Source: a virus. Taken from it: a DNA stretch of 24,650 bases. The stretch lies in the IMG/VR virus record IMGVR_UViG_3300020202_000065. The stretch is one strand, 5' to 3'. The notes beneath the pieces were generated by a model. The model saw only the letters and a program-made list of their open reading frames with translations. It did not search any database and was not told the origin of the DNA. The translations under genes were made by a program, and so were the position numbers. Of the stretch, positions 8,174 through 16,355 are shown one piece after another (the first letter of the stretch is position 1; each line of letters starts with the position of its first letter).

Positions 8174-8458
8174 ATGGCGAAAGCATTAGTCGTGAACGAC
8201 CTGGTGGAGTGCCCCTATTGCGGCCGGAAGGGGCTCATCGTTGAAATCTACGGTGACAGAGAACTCTTTATACGGCACGCATTGGACGAGATGGATATCC
8301 CGTCGGCCGCTACAGGTAAGATGATCCGGGCATCGGTGTTTATGGATGGTTGTCGAAGAGGGATAAAGTGCGGTCTCGTTCACTCGGCTTCGCCAGCCAC
8401 GGCCACTCCCAAAAGCCCTGACGCCCCTTCTCTGGAACTGGAGTTTCAAGCCGGGTAA
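8174..8458 (+). CDS. Possible small Zn-ribbon protein on the opposite strand
   Basis: ATG start, CPYCG...H...C, covers a region non-coding on minus strand; but no clear RBS and 119-nt convergent overlap with ASCH gene. Confidence 0.3.
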   Translation: MAKALVVNDLVECPYCGRKGLIVEIYGDRELFIRHALDEMDIPSAATGKMIRASVFMDGCRRGIKCGLVHSASPATATPKSPDAPSLELEFQAG

Positions 8459-8810
8459 CTTTCACCAGCTCCGTACAGAATCGTCCGGCCGTGTAGTCTC
8501 CAAATGCCAGTTCCTGATCATTGATCAATCCTTGGCTTCGAGCGAATAAACATTCAAGTGATCGGTGCGCCTCTGCAGTGCAAACCACTGCGCCGAATGG
8601 CAGTTCTTCAAACGATCGGTAGCCGGCGGCCGCCAGGCAGGATTTGAATGGCTCCTGTCTGCAAAGATCACGCAGTTCCTGCGTTTTTTTCATCGCTGCG
8701 TGGATAGCGAGAGGTCCGCGGTGCTTCATGTACCACGATCGCGTTTCCCAGCGCTTGGCCTCGATCGCTACGAGCGTCGCCCATGGTTGCCACAGGCTGA
8801 TGCATTTCAT
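8340..8810 (-). CDS. ASCH domain protein (ASC-1-like)
   Basis: Start moved to ATG 8810; ISLWQPWA.L....KRWETRSW...RGPLAIHA, LPFGAVV, FGDY..GR, KGRQGFW. Confidence 0.9.
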   Translation of the reverse strand: MKCISLWQPWATLVAIEAKRWETRSWYMKHRGPLAIHAAMKKTQELRDLCRQEPFKSCLAAAGYRSFEELPFGAVVCTAEAHRSLECLFARSQGLINDQELAFGDYTAGRFCTELVKVTRLETPVPEKGRQGFWEWPWLAKPSERDRTLSLFDNHP

Positions 8811-8812
8811 GG

Positions 8813-9013
8813 CTATTCCCCGAAGAGTCCGTATGGCGTTAAAACAAGCCGGTCCACGCCTTTTGCCCAGCAATAGCGGCGCCAGCGTTTGTCTTGGCGC
8901 ATCTGAATAAAGCGCTCGATCGCCGCATCAAACTCCGGATCCGGCGCGTCCAGCATTCCTGGCTCTGGAATGCTGGACTCTGGAACGATTCGATTCTGTT
9001 CTTCGCGCGTCAT
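8813..9013 (-). CDS. Hypothetical protein (66 aa)
   Basis: GGAGG RBS, ATGA overlap with upstream gene. Confidence 0.7.
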   Translation of the reverse strand: MTREEQNRIVPESSIPEPGMLDAPDPEFDAAIERFIQMRQDKRWRRYCWAKGVDRLVLTPYGLFGE

Positions 9014-9306
9014 TTGCCCTCCGCCCGAAAAATGAGACGCTTAGATGAATCAATGAGATTAAGGACGTGGATTTCGTGATCAGCCTGGTGCGGTTTCTTC
9101 ATGATCGTGCACCATTCCTTCAACAGGTTCAGCATATCCCGGTGCTCTTGAGGTATGCGGCATTCCGATTTTCGGCAGCGTTCATCGCCGGAATCGTCTT
9201 GGTACTGGTCACCGCAGAACTCACACGTTTCGTAATCGTGTCCGTCATCGTCAGGCTCTGATTCATGCGGATGAATCGGATTTCCAAGTCGGTATCTGGG
9301 GTTCAT
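9010..9306 (-). CDS. Hypothetical protein with CxxC...C...C
   Basis: ATGA overlaps at both ends; CEFCG...CRKSEC. Confidence 0.7.
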   Translation of the reverse strand: MNPRYRLGNPIHPHESEPDDDGHDYETCEFCGDQYQDDSGDERCRKSECRIPQEHRDMLNLLKEWCTIMKKPHQADHEIHVLNLIDSSKRLIFRAEGK

Positions 9307-9467
9307 TTCTGCACGCTCGCCTTCCGAATGGTGGAAGTGATGCGCTTTCCATTCGCCGTCTTGCTTTTTTGTGGACAGTCGCGGAAATGAACGATGATGC
9401 TTTTACACTGAAGATATTCATCGCCACGCTTGATTGGCATTCCGCAATTCAGACAGATCTTTTTCAT
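9303..9467 (-). CDS. Small Zn-finger-like protein (54 aa), not in ORF track
   Basis: MKKICLNCGMPIKRGDEYLQCKSIIVHFRDCPQK...; ATGA overlaps at both ends; CxxC...HxxxC. Confidence 0.7.
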   Translation of the reverse strand: MKKICLNCGMPIKRGDEYLQCKSIIVHFRDCPQKSKTANGKRITSTIRKASVQK

Positions 9468-10891
9468 GCGGCACCGTTTCCTTTCGGTGCATCTGATCGA
9501 TCGGCGGCCTGTTCTATGCGATGTGCATACTGCACATCAACCATGAGGCTGGCGATCTTTTGGATATCGGAGACCTTCCACGGCTTGTCTGAACTGCGCA
9601 TCTTGTGCTGAGCGAAAGCCTGTTCCTTCGTATATGTCTGAGCGTTTTTCAGATGGCAGGTGTAGCCGTTATCGTTCTTGCCCCAGAACAGCATGCAGTT
9701 ACCCACGCATTGGCGGGTGTCCTGAAGGTAGTACATCTCCTCTGCGGTGGACGGCTGCGCCTGCGCGGAGAGGGCGCGGATGTTAGAGCCGATGGACTCG
9801 GCTGCGTAACTTGCTCTGATTGGAATCCCACTTCTTTGCTCTTTTTCCCTAAAAAATTCACGTGCTTTGTCCGCCACCATCGCGCACTCCTCAATCGTTT
9901 CGTTGCGAAGTTTTGCTATCTCGTCCGCCGTGTATATAACCATTGTGCCGCCGCACTTTTCGCATTTACCGATACCTGGTTCGAGCCCATCACTGATAAA
10001 CGGGAATGAATGCTCGCACTCCTCCGCCGTCTTCGAGCTCGGGGTGTCGCGCTCATCGCCTTCAAGAATCTGGAAGTCAATACTCGCTTCGGCTTTGTTG
10101 TAAGTTTCCTGAGCGGCATCCAGTGCTTTCGACGCCTCGTAAAACTCCCGCAGTTTCCGATTTTCAGATTCGAGAGTGGCGAGGCGTTCGTCTTTACCTT
10201 CGCAGCTTTCCTTCGCCGTTAACTCCGAATGTTTCGTCTCGCTGGGCTGGGAGAGTGCTGGCTCTTTGTTGTCGAGATGCGCAAATTCCATTGCCTCGTC
10301 GCGGCTTTTGGCTTGCCGCGTCCACTGCTCTACGCTGTCAATTTTGAGCGTGGTAAACCAGGTTCCGCTCCTTGAGTAGACTGTGTATTTCACGCCTGGG
10401 TCTACGATCATGTAATAGGTGAAACTCTCTCCTTCCGTTGAGTCGGTAATCCAACGGCGCTTGCGTTCTTCCTTCAACGCTTTCATCAGGCGCTCACATT
10501 CGTTTTCAGCTTTCGTTAAATCACGCAGGTATTCTTTGTTTCGTTTATAAAGGTCAGCGTTCACGCCGCTTGTGCTCAGTTGCTCGATTTCGCGTTTTAG
10601 TGCTGCGTTCTCTTCCAGGTTCTTGACGTATAGGTCGTGTGCGACCTTGCATCGCGCCAGCTGCGCTTCAAGACTGACAATCTGGCAATTCTTGACATGT
10701 TCGCTTGTCGCTGCGGTCGAGGCGGCGTGACGTTCGTTGTAATATTCGTCGACGAGTTTTCCCGCCTTGTCCATCAGGTTGCTGGCCTTCACAACAACGG
10801 CTGTGAGTTCCGGTGATGCGCCTAGACTTTCTATGGCCTGAGTGAGGTTGTAGATGTCCCACAGGATCGGGTGTTTATTGAGCTGAGCCAT
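9464..10891 (-). CDS. Mosaic phage protein (Ead/Ea22-style: coiled coils, Zn ribbon, small fused modules)
   Basis: AGGAG RBS; coiled-coil segments, CEH...CEKCG, RNETIEECA, C-terminal YYLQD.R..VGN...FW....GYT..L..A module typical of small phage proteins. Confidence 0.7.
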   Translation of the reverse strand: MAQLNKHPILWDIYNLTQAIESLGASPELTAVVVKASNLMDKAGKLVDEYYNERHAASTAATSEHVKNCQIVSLEAQLARCKVAHDLYVKNLEENAALKREIEQLSTSGVNADLYKRNKEYLRDLTKAENECERLMKALKEERKRRWITDSTEGESFTYYMIVDPGVKYTVYSRSGTWFTTLKIDSVEQWTRQAKSRDEAMEFAHLDNKEPALSQPSETKHSELTAKESCEGKDERLATLESENRKLREFYEASKALDAAQETYNKAEASIDFQILEGDERDTPSSKTAEECEHSFPFISDGLEPGIGKCEKCGGTMVIYTADEIAKLRNETIEECAMVADKAREFFREKEQRSGIPIRASYAAESIGSNIRALSAQAQPSTAEEMYYLQDTRQCVGNCMLFWGKNDNGYTCHLKNAQTYTKEQAFAQHKMRSSDKPWKVSDIQKIASLMVDVQYAHRIEQAADRSDAPKGNGAA

Positions 10892-10900
10892 TCAAAACTC

Positions 10901-11404
10901 CTATGCTTTCAATGAAATCGTGTTGTCCAGTCGCTGGTCGCGGCCGGTGACTTCGATCACCACGCCGGCGCAGAGCCGAGATACGACACGGCTGTCCAGA
11001 ACCTCGGCCAGGCTGGCCGGCGCAAGATTTCCGGTCACGATCAGCGGCCGTTCACCTCGCGTGTTCAGAAATGTGAGCAGCGCGTCTGTTTGCGGCTGCG
11101 TTGATTCGCGGACTCCTATGTCGTCGAGACAGATAAGATTCATGTCTTTGAATGAGTTCATAAATGCACCCACAGATCCCTCTCCGCGAGCGCGCGTGAA
11201 GTCCAAAATGAACTTCGATGCGTCCCACCAGGCGGGGCCGCAGGCGCTCTCTGCCCATCGCTCAAAGATCAGCGCCATAGCACATGTCTTCCCGCAGCCG
11301 GTAGGCCCCCACACGTACCAGGGCCAGCGGTTAGATTGGTACGCCTTGTCCATCGCCGCTCTCAAACTGGCCTTCAATTTCGCCATCGTCGGGCGGACAG
11401 TCAT
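10901..11404 (-). CDS. DnaC/IstB-like AAA+ ATPase (helicase loader)
   Basis: Walker A GPTGCGKT, Walker B LICLDDIG, sensor IVTGN, RVVSRL, GRDQR; start uncertain (11404, 11386 or 11497). Confidence 0.85.
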   Translation of the reverse strand: MTVRPTMAKLKASLRAAMDKAYQSNRWPWYVWGPTGCGKTCAMALIFERWAESACGPAWWDASKFILDFTRARGEGSVGAFMNSFKDMNLICLDDIGVRESTQPQTDALLTFLNTRGERPLIVTGNLAPASLAEVLDSRVVSRLCAGVVIEVTGRDQRLDNTISLKA

Positions 11405-12269
11405 TCCCGGCGTCCGCCTCAATGGCTCTGTCCCCCAACGAAGACAATTGGCTCTTGTGGTCGTTTGGGTTGTATTTTTTACTGGGTTCTGGTCCACCGC
11501 TGCTTCTCCGTGGAGCTCTGTTCTGTGCGTTGTTTAGCCAGTTGCTGAGGAATCGCGGCATGCCTACCGCTGTCTTGCGTTGCTTCACGTTGTCGACGCA
11601 CCACTGGCGCGCGGCTCGCATCTGCGCGAGAACGTCCAGTGACGGAAAAGACTGTTGATATTCTTCGAGTTTCGATTGAGTCAGTGGCCACTCGCCTGTG
11701 CCCTGTTTCTCCCCGTCAATCGGGAAGGTCAGAACCACAGGTGAGGTGTCGATTTTCTTTTTATCTGGCGGATCTGCTGTCAGAGAGAATTCTTGAGAAT
11801 CGGGCGGAGACTCTTCCTTCTTCTTCTTAGTTAAATCCGAAGATGAAACTGAAGATGAAGGGGTTGGCAAACGGTTGGCATCACCCTTGGACTGACCCTT
11901 GGACTGACCCTTAAGGGCCGGATTACCACCCTTATGACCGGCCTCGACACACTTCTTGCGCTTCTGTTCATCCTTCACCATTCGCCGGGAGTAAATAGCG
12001 CCAGATGAATTCCGGCTTACCACCCCCTTTTCGACCAGTGAACGGACGCATGATAGAGATCGGCTGAAGTCCCCGCCGACGGCACGTGCGATTTCATCGT
12101 CTTTCCATGCCGTTCCAGCAGTCGCTAACACGCCTCGCTCTTCACACTCCCACATCAGACAGAGCATGTCGATATACACACCCTTTTCCTCGTGCGTTGC
12201 ACGACGGACGTTAGGGTCTTTCCACCAATCGCCTACGTAGAACTGAAAGGCAGGTAACTTATCGGCCAT
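11331..12269 (-). CDS. Phage replication initiator (YdaU/DUF1376-like N-terminus)
   Basis: Start moved to ATG 12269; PAFQFYVGDW...KGVYIDMLC..W, SRRMVKD, KGGNP, low-complexity linker, C-terminal W.....RKT..GM.RFL.NWL; upstream of DnaC-like gene. Confidence 0.8.
   Translation of the reverse strand: MADKLPAFQFYVGDWWKDPNVRRATHEEKGVYIDMLCLMWECEERGVLATAGTAWKDDEIARAVGGDFSRSLSCVRSLVEKGVVSRNSSGAIYSRRMVKDEQKRKKCVEAGHKGGNPALKGQSKGQSKGDANRLPTPSSSVSSSDLTKKKKEESPPDSQEFSLTADPPDKKKIDTSPVVLTFPIDGEKQGTGEWPLTQSKLEEYQQSFPSLDVLAQMRAARQWCVDNVKQRKTAVGMPRFLSNWLNNAQNRAPRRSSGGPEPSKKYNPNDHKSQLSSLGDRAIEADAGNDCPPDDGEIEGQFESGDGQGVPI
11812..11933. repeat. Iteron-like repeats, candidate phage replication origin
   Basis: ACCCTTGGACTG x2 + ACCCTT (11883-11912) and ACCCTT 11928; GGTTGGCA x2 (11862, 11873); GAAGATGAA x2 (11839, 11851); palindrome CCCTTAAGGG; pyrimidine/AT tract 11812-11836. 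Confidence 0.6.
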
Positions 12270-12534
12270 CGAAGATTGGTTCCAAGATGCCAGCGTTCGG
12301 CCAGTACAACGTTCGGATCCCGCGCTCTCCGATGAGAACTTCAACCAGATAGGATTCGTGATTGCGCGCCGGCGCGGACTTCGGGTCGCCAATCGGTTTG
12401 GTGCTATAGTTGTCGAACTTGAAATCCTTCAGATCGATAAGCTTTGTGTTCGCCGGCACCACGGCCACGATCTGGCCATAGATGGATTTGCCGTGCTGAG
12501 TCCAGCGGACCTTTGAATTCAGAAGATCAGACAT
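12259..12534 (-). CDS. Hypothetical protein (91 aa)
   Basis: ATG 12534 with GGAG upstream; V.W......G.IVAVVP...RNHESYLV...LYWP pattern of small phage proteins. Confidence 0.75.
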   Translation of the reverse strand: MSDLLNSKVRWTQHGKSIYGQIVAVVPANTKLIDLKDFKFDNYSTKPIGDPKSAPARNHESYLVEVLIGERGIRTLYWPNAGILEPIFDGR

Positions 12535-12544
12535 GGGAACTCCC

Positions 12545-14182
12545 TTAACCCACAAGCGAATCGTCGAGCTTGATCGGGTCGCCGCGGTTGATCAGTTGCA
12601 GGGTTCGAAGTTTCGACAGGTAAGTGCCGAAAGTTCCACTGTTACTTGAGAATCCAGTCATCTCAGCCAGGGACTGCTTCGATAACCCAGTCGGATGATT
12701 GACCTGAAGAGCCCGGAGTATGCGCGCGTAGCCGCTGTCATCGCCGCCAAGTTCGCGCATCCAGTACTGCAGCAGCGCGTCACCGATCGGCAGCGGATCG
12801 AAGTCACCCAGGAGAGTTAGCCCAGAAGCAGTGATAACAATCCGATCGGGCTCATACCTGATGTGTCCCAAGCGCTTCAGATTGCTCAGGTAAGTTCCAA
12901 ATGTTCCGCTGTTGACGCTGAATCCGGAGACCAGAGCCAGACGCTTCTTGTCCATTTTTTCGTACTGCGCCAGTGCCTTGAGGATCTTCTTCTCGCCGGC
13001 ATTCACGGAGGTGTCATCGGAACTGTCGTCATTGAAGACAGGATTGACCGGGGACTTAACAGGCTGCGGCTGGCGCAGCGCAGTCGCAGCAACGCTAATT
13101 TCATGCACTTTTGTTTTGATTTGCGTCACAGCAGGCGACGCTTCGATACTCGCCAAGCGAGCGATATCACTGAGCCTTTTTCTCAGCCCGTCAACGATGG
13201 ATTCCTGCCGTCGTCGTTCAGCTTCAACGGCTCTTTCGATCGCTGCTTTGTCGGTCGCCGGCGCGCGCTGCGCACGTTCCAGCTCGCGGATCTTGACCTG
13301 TAGCTCAGCAACGGTCTTGGCTTCCTGCTCAGCCTCCCGCGGCAAATCAGCGAGTTGGGCCAGCACACCCAAAACCTTCCCGCGGGGCGGCGGCGGTGCG
13401 ATCGCACGCTGGCCAGCTTTCGGGTGGGACGTTTGAACAGTGCCGATCTGAAGCATGGTAATTCTGTTTGTGATGGCAGGACCGAAGGCGAAGAACTGCC
13501 CAGCTTCGAGATTGCGAAGCATTGCCTGGTCCGTCTTCTGGGTAAATCCGAGCTCATCCGCCGCGCGCTTCATGTCGACGTCCAGAGCGCTTCGTCCAAT
13601 CAGCTTGTTATTTGCTTCGGCAGCCGCGTCTTTGTGAAGCTTGCTGATGCGCTGCGTAGCGAGGATCCCACAGAACCCGCGCTTGCGGCCGCGCGTCTGC
13701 AGGTCAATCACAGCCGAGGCGCTTTCGGCATGACCATTCTGCGGCGCAAAGATATGGGCCTCGTCGATGACGATCATGGCAGGGTGCCACAGTGATTTGT
13801 CGACATTGACCAGTGCGTCTAGGAACCGTCGCACAAAGCTGATTCGCTCGTGCTGCTTCAACTCGTAAATCCCGATGATTGCCGAGACGTTGAGTTCGAG
13901 AAGCCGGCGGGCCAGCATTGCCGCGCAGCCAGGGTGAGCAGGACAGTCAGCCGCCTTGTTCCCGGCGAGGACGTAATCGTATTTCTCACGCAGCGTGGCG
14001 AATTCGTCTTCTACGTCGATGACGATCTGCTGTACTTTGCCGTGTGTCTGCTCGAGCACGCGGCGGATACACCACGATTTGCCGGCGCCGCTATTGGCTT
14101 GAATGAGCAGACGAGTCTCGATGAGCTTGTCGATGTTCATCAACACCGGCTCATGCGTTTCGTTCTCGTGTCCGAGTATCAT
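12545..14182 (-). CDS. HerA/FtsK-superfamily ATPase (DUF87-like) with coiled coil and two C-terminal winged-helix-like repeats
   Basis: ANSGAGKS, IDVEDEF, IVIDEAH, RGRKRG, LATQR; repeats GFSVNSGTFGTYLSNLKRLGHI and GFSSNSGTFGTYLSKLRTLQLI. Confidence 0.85.
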   Translation of the reverse strand: MILGHENETHEPVLMNIDKLIETRLLIQANSGAGKSWCIRRVLEQTHGKVQQIVIDVEDEFATLREKYDYVLAGNKAADCPAHPGCAAMLARRLLELNVSAIIGIYELKQHERISFVRRFLDALVNVDKSLWHPAMIVIDEAHIFAPQNGHAESASAVIDLQTRGRKRGFCGILATQRISKLHKDAAAEANNKLIGRSALDVDMKRAADELGFTQKTDQAMLRNLEAGQFFAFGPAITNRITMLQIGTVQTSHPKAGQRAIAPPPPRGKVLGVLAQLADLPREAEQEAKTVAELQVKIRELERAQRAPATDKAAIERAVEAERRRQESIVDGLRKRLSDIARLASIEASPAVTQIKTKVHEISVAATALRQPQPVKSPVNPVFNDDSSDDTSVNAGEKKILKALAQYEKMDKKRLALVSGFSVNSGTFGTYLSNLKRLGHIRYEPDRIVITASGLTLLGDFDPLPIGDALLQYWMRELGGDDSGYARILRALQVNHPTGLSKQSLAEMTGFSSNSGTFGTYLSKLRTLQLINRGDPIKLDDSLVG

Positions 14183-14826
14183 TTCCCCTCCAATTTCTTG
14201 AATTCAATGACCCACACCCACGGATTCAGGTCCCAACCGAAGCCACGATGCAGGTTGATGCTTTCCCAGCGTGTTCTGAATTGTTCGATCGGGTGCTCGC
14301 CAGGACGTTTCGAACGCTTCGCAGCGCGAGCAACGTCCACGATTCCTTCAGCGATGCAGTCGGCGTAACTGATCTCTTGAACGCGCTCGACACGAATATT
14401 TGTGACTTCAAGCCAGATACGGCAGGCCCACTTCGGCATGAAGATTGACGGTGTTTCCTTTACGCCGTAGTCGTTTGCGCAACGGACCGAATCGCCATCC
14501 ATGGCCTCGGAGTAACTGACGAGCCGCGGACGGCCCGCATTATCTCGATGAGTAGCCTCTGCAGGAGATGAGAAGCGGGGCGGCGCAATATAAAGGTTTT
14601 CTTTCACCCACAACCGATCGCCAGGTTGACCGTAGCGACATTTCGGTTCGCAAAAATGGCAATGTCCATCCGTCAAACACTCGCAGTCCTCGCCTTTGCC
14701 TGCATGAAACGGCTGGGGCATGATCACCCGCCGCGTCTGCGTCTTGCGGCCGACTAGAATTGAGCGCACAGACTCAGCTGTGCAGATTAGACCTGTCTCT
14801 TTAACTTTTTCGGCGACAGCGCTCAT
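14179..14826 (-). CDS. ASCH/PUA-like phage protein
   Basis: GRKTQTRR, YGQPGDRLWVKE, PSIFMPKWA.RI.LEVT.IRVERVQEIS..DCIAEG, NPWVWVIEF. Confidence 0.8.
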   Translation of the reverse strand: MSAVAEKVKETGLICTAESVRSILVGRKTQTRRVIMPQPFHAGKGEDCECLTDGHCHFCEPKCRYGQPGDRLWVKENLYIAPPRFSSPAEATHRDNAGRPRLVSYSEAMDGDSVRCANDYGVKETPSIFMPKWACRIWLEVTNIRVERVQEISYADCIAEGIVDVARAAKRSKRPGEHPIEQFRTRWESINLHRGFGWDLNPWVWVIEFKKLEGK

Positions 14827-16337
14827 GCGCCCTCCTTTGCAGCGAGCAGGGTGAACAGCGAAAGGCGCTCACGCTGCATTTCCAGATAGTCTTTGTTGAG
14901 TTCGGTGCCGATGTAGTAGCGCCCGAGCTTCGCGGCGACTTCAGCGGTCGTGCCGGATCCCATGAAGATGTCGCAGACCAGCGCCGGCACGCGATCTTCA
15001 ACGCCGCAGTTACAGGTCGGAGCCCAGCCCAGCGTGGTCTTGCCGGGGAAGGGGTTATCGTGCTCTCCGCCCTCCGCGCGCGCACGCGCGGTGTTCTCCA
15101 CCATCTTGCGGCCGCCGTTCTGTTCATGGAGTTCGGCGTGCTTATACCGTCCGGTCTGTTCCCGGTGAGAGCCAGGCCCAGTGTCCCAGCCAGATGGCGT
15201 TTTCGAACTTTTGACAGTGCCAACTAGGCGCTTGTACGGGGCCTCACACTTAGCACAGCAGCCATGCGCACTCGTGCCAGCTCGGATTGCCGTCTCGGCC
15301 AGTTTTGGCGGGAACGTTGCGAAGTGAGCGTCAGGGTACGGCGCCGTCGGAATGTTCCAGACCGTCGTGAGCAATCCCGCCATCAGGTGTGCTAGGGGAT
15401 TGCGTTTCCACGAACGTTCAGCAGCCACCTGCAGGATCGATGGGCTGACCCCAAGATTCTCGAATTCAATCAGCAGATCACCCAGGAGCTGGAAGCACGC
15501 TTGTTCGTCGTACTCTATGGGCCAGACAGAGCGCTTGTTGCGTGACGAGACGATCTCATTCACCGCCGAAGCAAAACTAGCGTTCTGTTTCGTGCCTTTC
15601 TCAGAAGTGAGCGACTTTGGATTGACACCCGAGCCGCGCTGATGCGTATTACCAGTGGTCGACTCATGGATGGCCAAGGCATCGTAAAAGTACTTCTGAG
15701 ACTTCGATAACAGGAAGACGTACTCGTGCGCCTTGGTGCAGCGATCGGTCACCGATTCGGGCATGGGATTGGGCTTGGCCCAGATATTGTCCTGCCGCAG
15801 ATACCAGCCGTCTGCCTGCAGTGCGAAGGCCAGGCGCCAAGGGATACCAACCATGTCCTTCAGCTTCAGCTTTGACACGCCCCGGTGTGGATTGTCTTCT
15901 CGTGGCATACGATCACGGCGGTAAGATTTTCCTTCCTTTGAAGCATCGCGCGGTTTAGTTGTGCTGTTCAGAGTCGAAGTGCCGGTGTCTCCACCGCAGC
16001 CGCTGCCAACATAGCAATCGCCGATGTTGATCCAGCAAGTGCCGTCCTGGCGCAGGACGCGTCGGACCTCACGGAACAGCAGGACCATGTGACCGATAAA
16101 GGCATCCGGAGATGGCTCCTGCCCGAGCGGACAGTTCATCGCCGGGATGGTCACCGGAGGAAGTCCAGGCAGCGGTTCGAATGAAACCTCTGGCCATTCC
16201 GTACCGGGAACCCCGTAGTTTCGGAGTTCCCAGTACGGCGGCGAGGTCACCACACAGTGGATGCTGTTTTCAGGCCACGTCGGCAGAATCTGCATGACGT
16301 CGCCGCCAACCACTGTGTTGTGAGGGAGAGAAGACAT
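14823..16337 (-). CDS. DNA methyltransferase, N4-C/N6-A beta class
   Basis: Catalytic VTSPPY near N-terminus, W.KPNPMPES..DR, HFATFP, SAM-binding DIFMGSGTT near C-terminus; no cognate endonuclease seen. Confidence 0.92.
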   Translation of the reverse strand: MSSLPHNTVVGGDVMQILPTWPENSIHCVVTSPPYWELRNYGVPGTEWPEVSFEPLPGLPPVTIPAMNCPLGQEPSPDAFIGHMVLLFREVRRVLRQDGTCWINIGDCYVGSGCGGDTGTSTLNSTTKPRDASKEGKSYRRDRMPREDNPHRGVSKLKLKDMVGIPWRLAFALQADGWYLRQDNIWAKPNPMPESVTDRCTKAHEYVFLLSKSQKYFYDALAIHESTTGNTHQRGSGVNPKSLTSEKGTKQNASFASAVNEIVSSRNKRSVWPIEYDEQACFQLLGDLLIEFENLGVSPSILQVAAERSWKRNPLAHLMAGLLTTVWNIPTAPYPDAHFATFPPKLAETAIRAGTSAHGCCAKCEAPYKRLVGTVKSSKTPSGWDTGPGSHREQTGRYKHAELHEQNGGRKMVENTARARAEGGEHDNPFPGKTTLGWAPTCNCGVEDRVPALVCDIFMGSGTTAEVAAKLGRYYIGTELNKDYLEMQRERLSLFTLLAAKEGA

Positions 16338-16355
16338 TATCGTTCTGCGCCTCGA

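Noticed and set aside
11331-11497. Programmed -1 frameshift fusing initiator and DnaC-like ORF at the A6 run (11475-11480)
   Set aside because: The loader is in the +1 frame relative to the initiator and has its own downstream ATG candidates
12545-14182. Known HerA defence system (Sir2-HerA, HerA-DUF4297) or conjugative VirB4/VirD4
   Set aside because: No effector nuclease/sirtuin or T4SS genes adjacent; context is phage replication
14823-16337. Restriction-modification system or intein in the MTase
   Set aside because: No endonuclease partner recognised; inserts lack intein splice motifs
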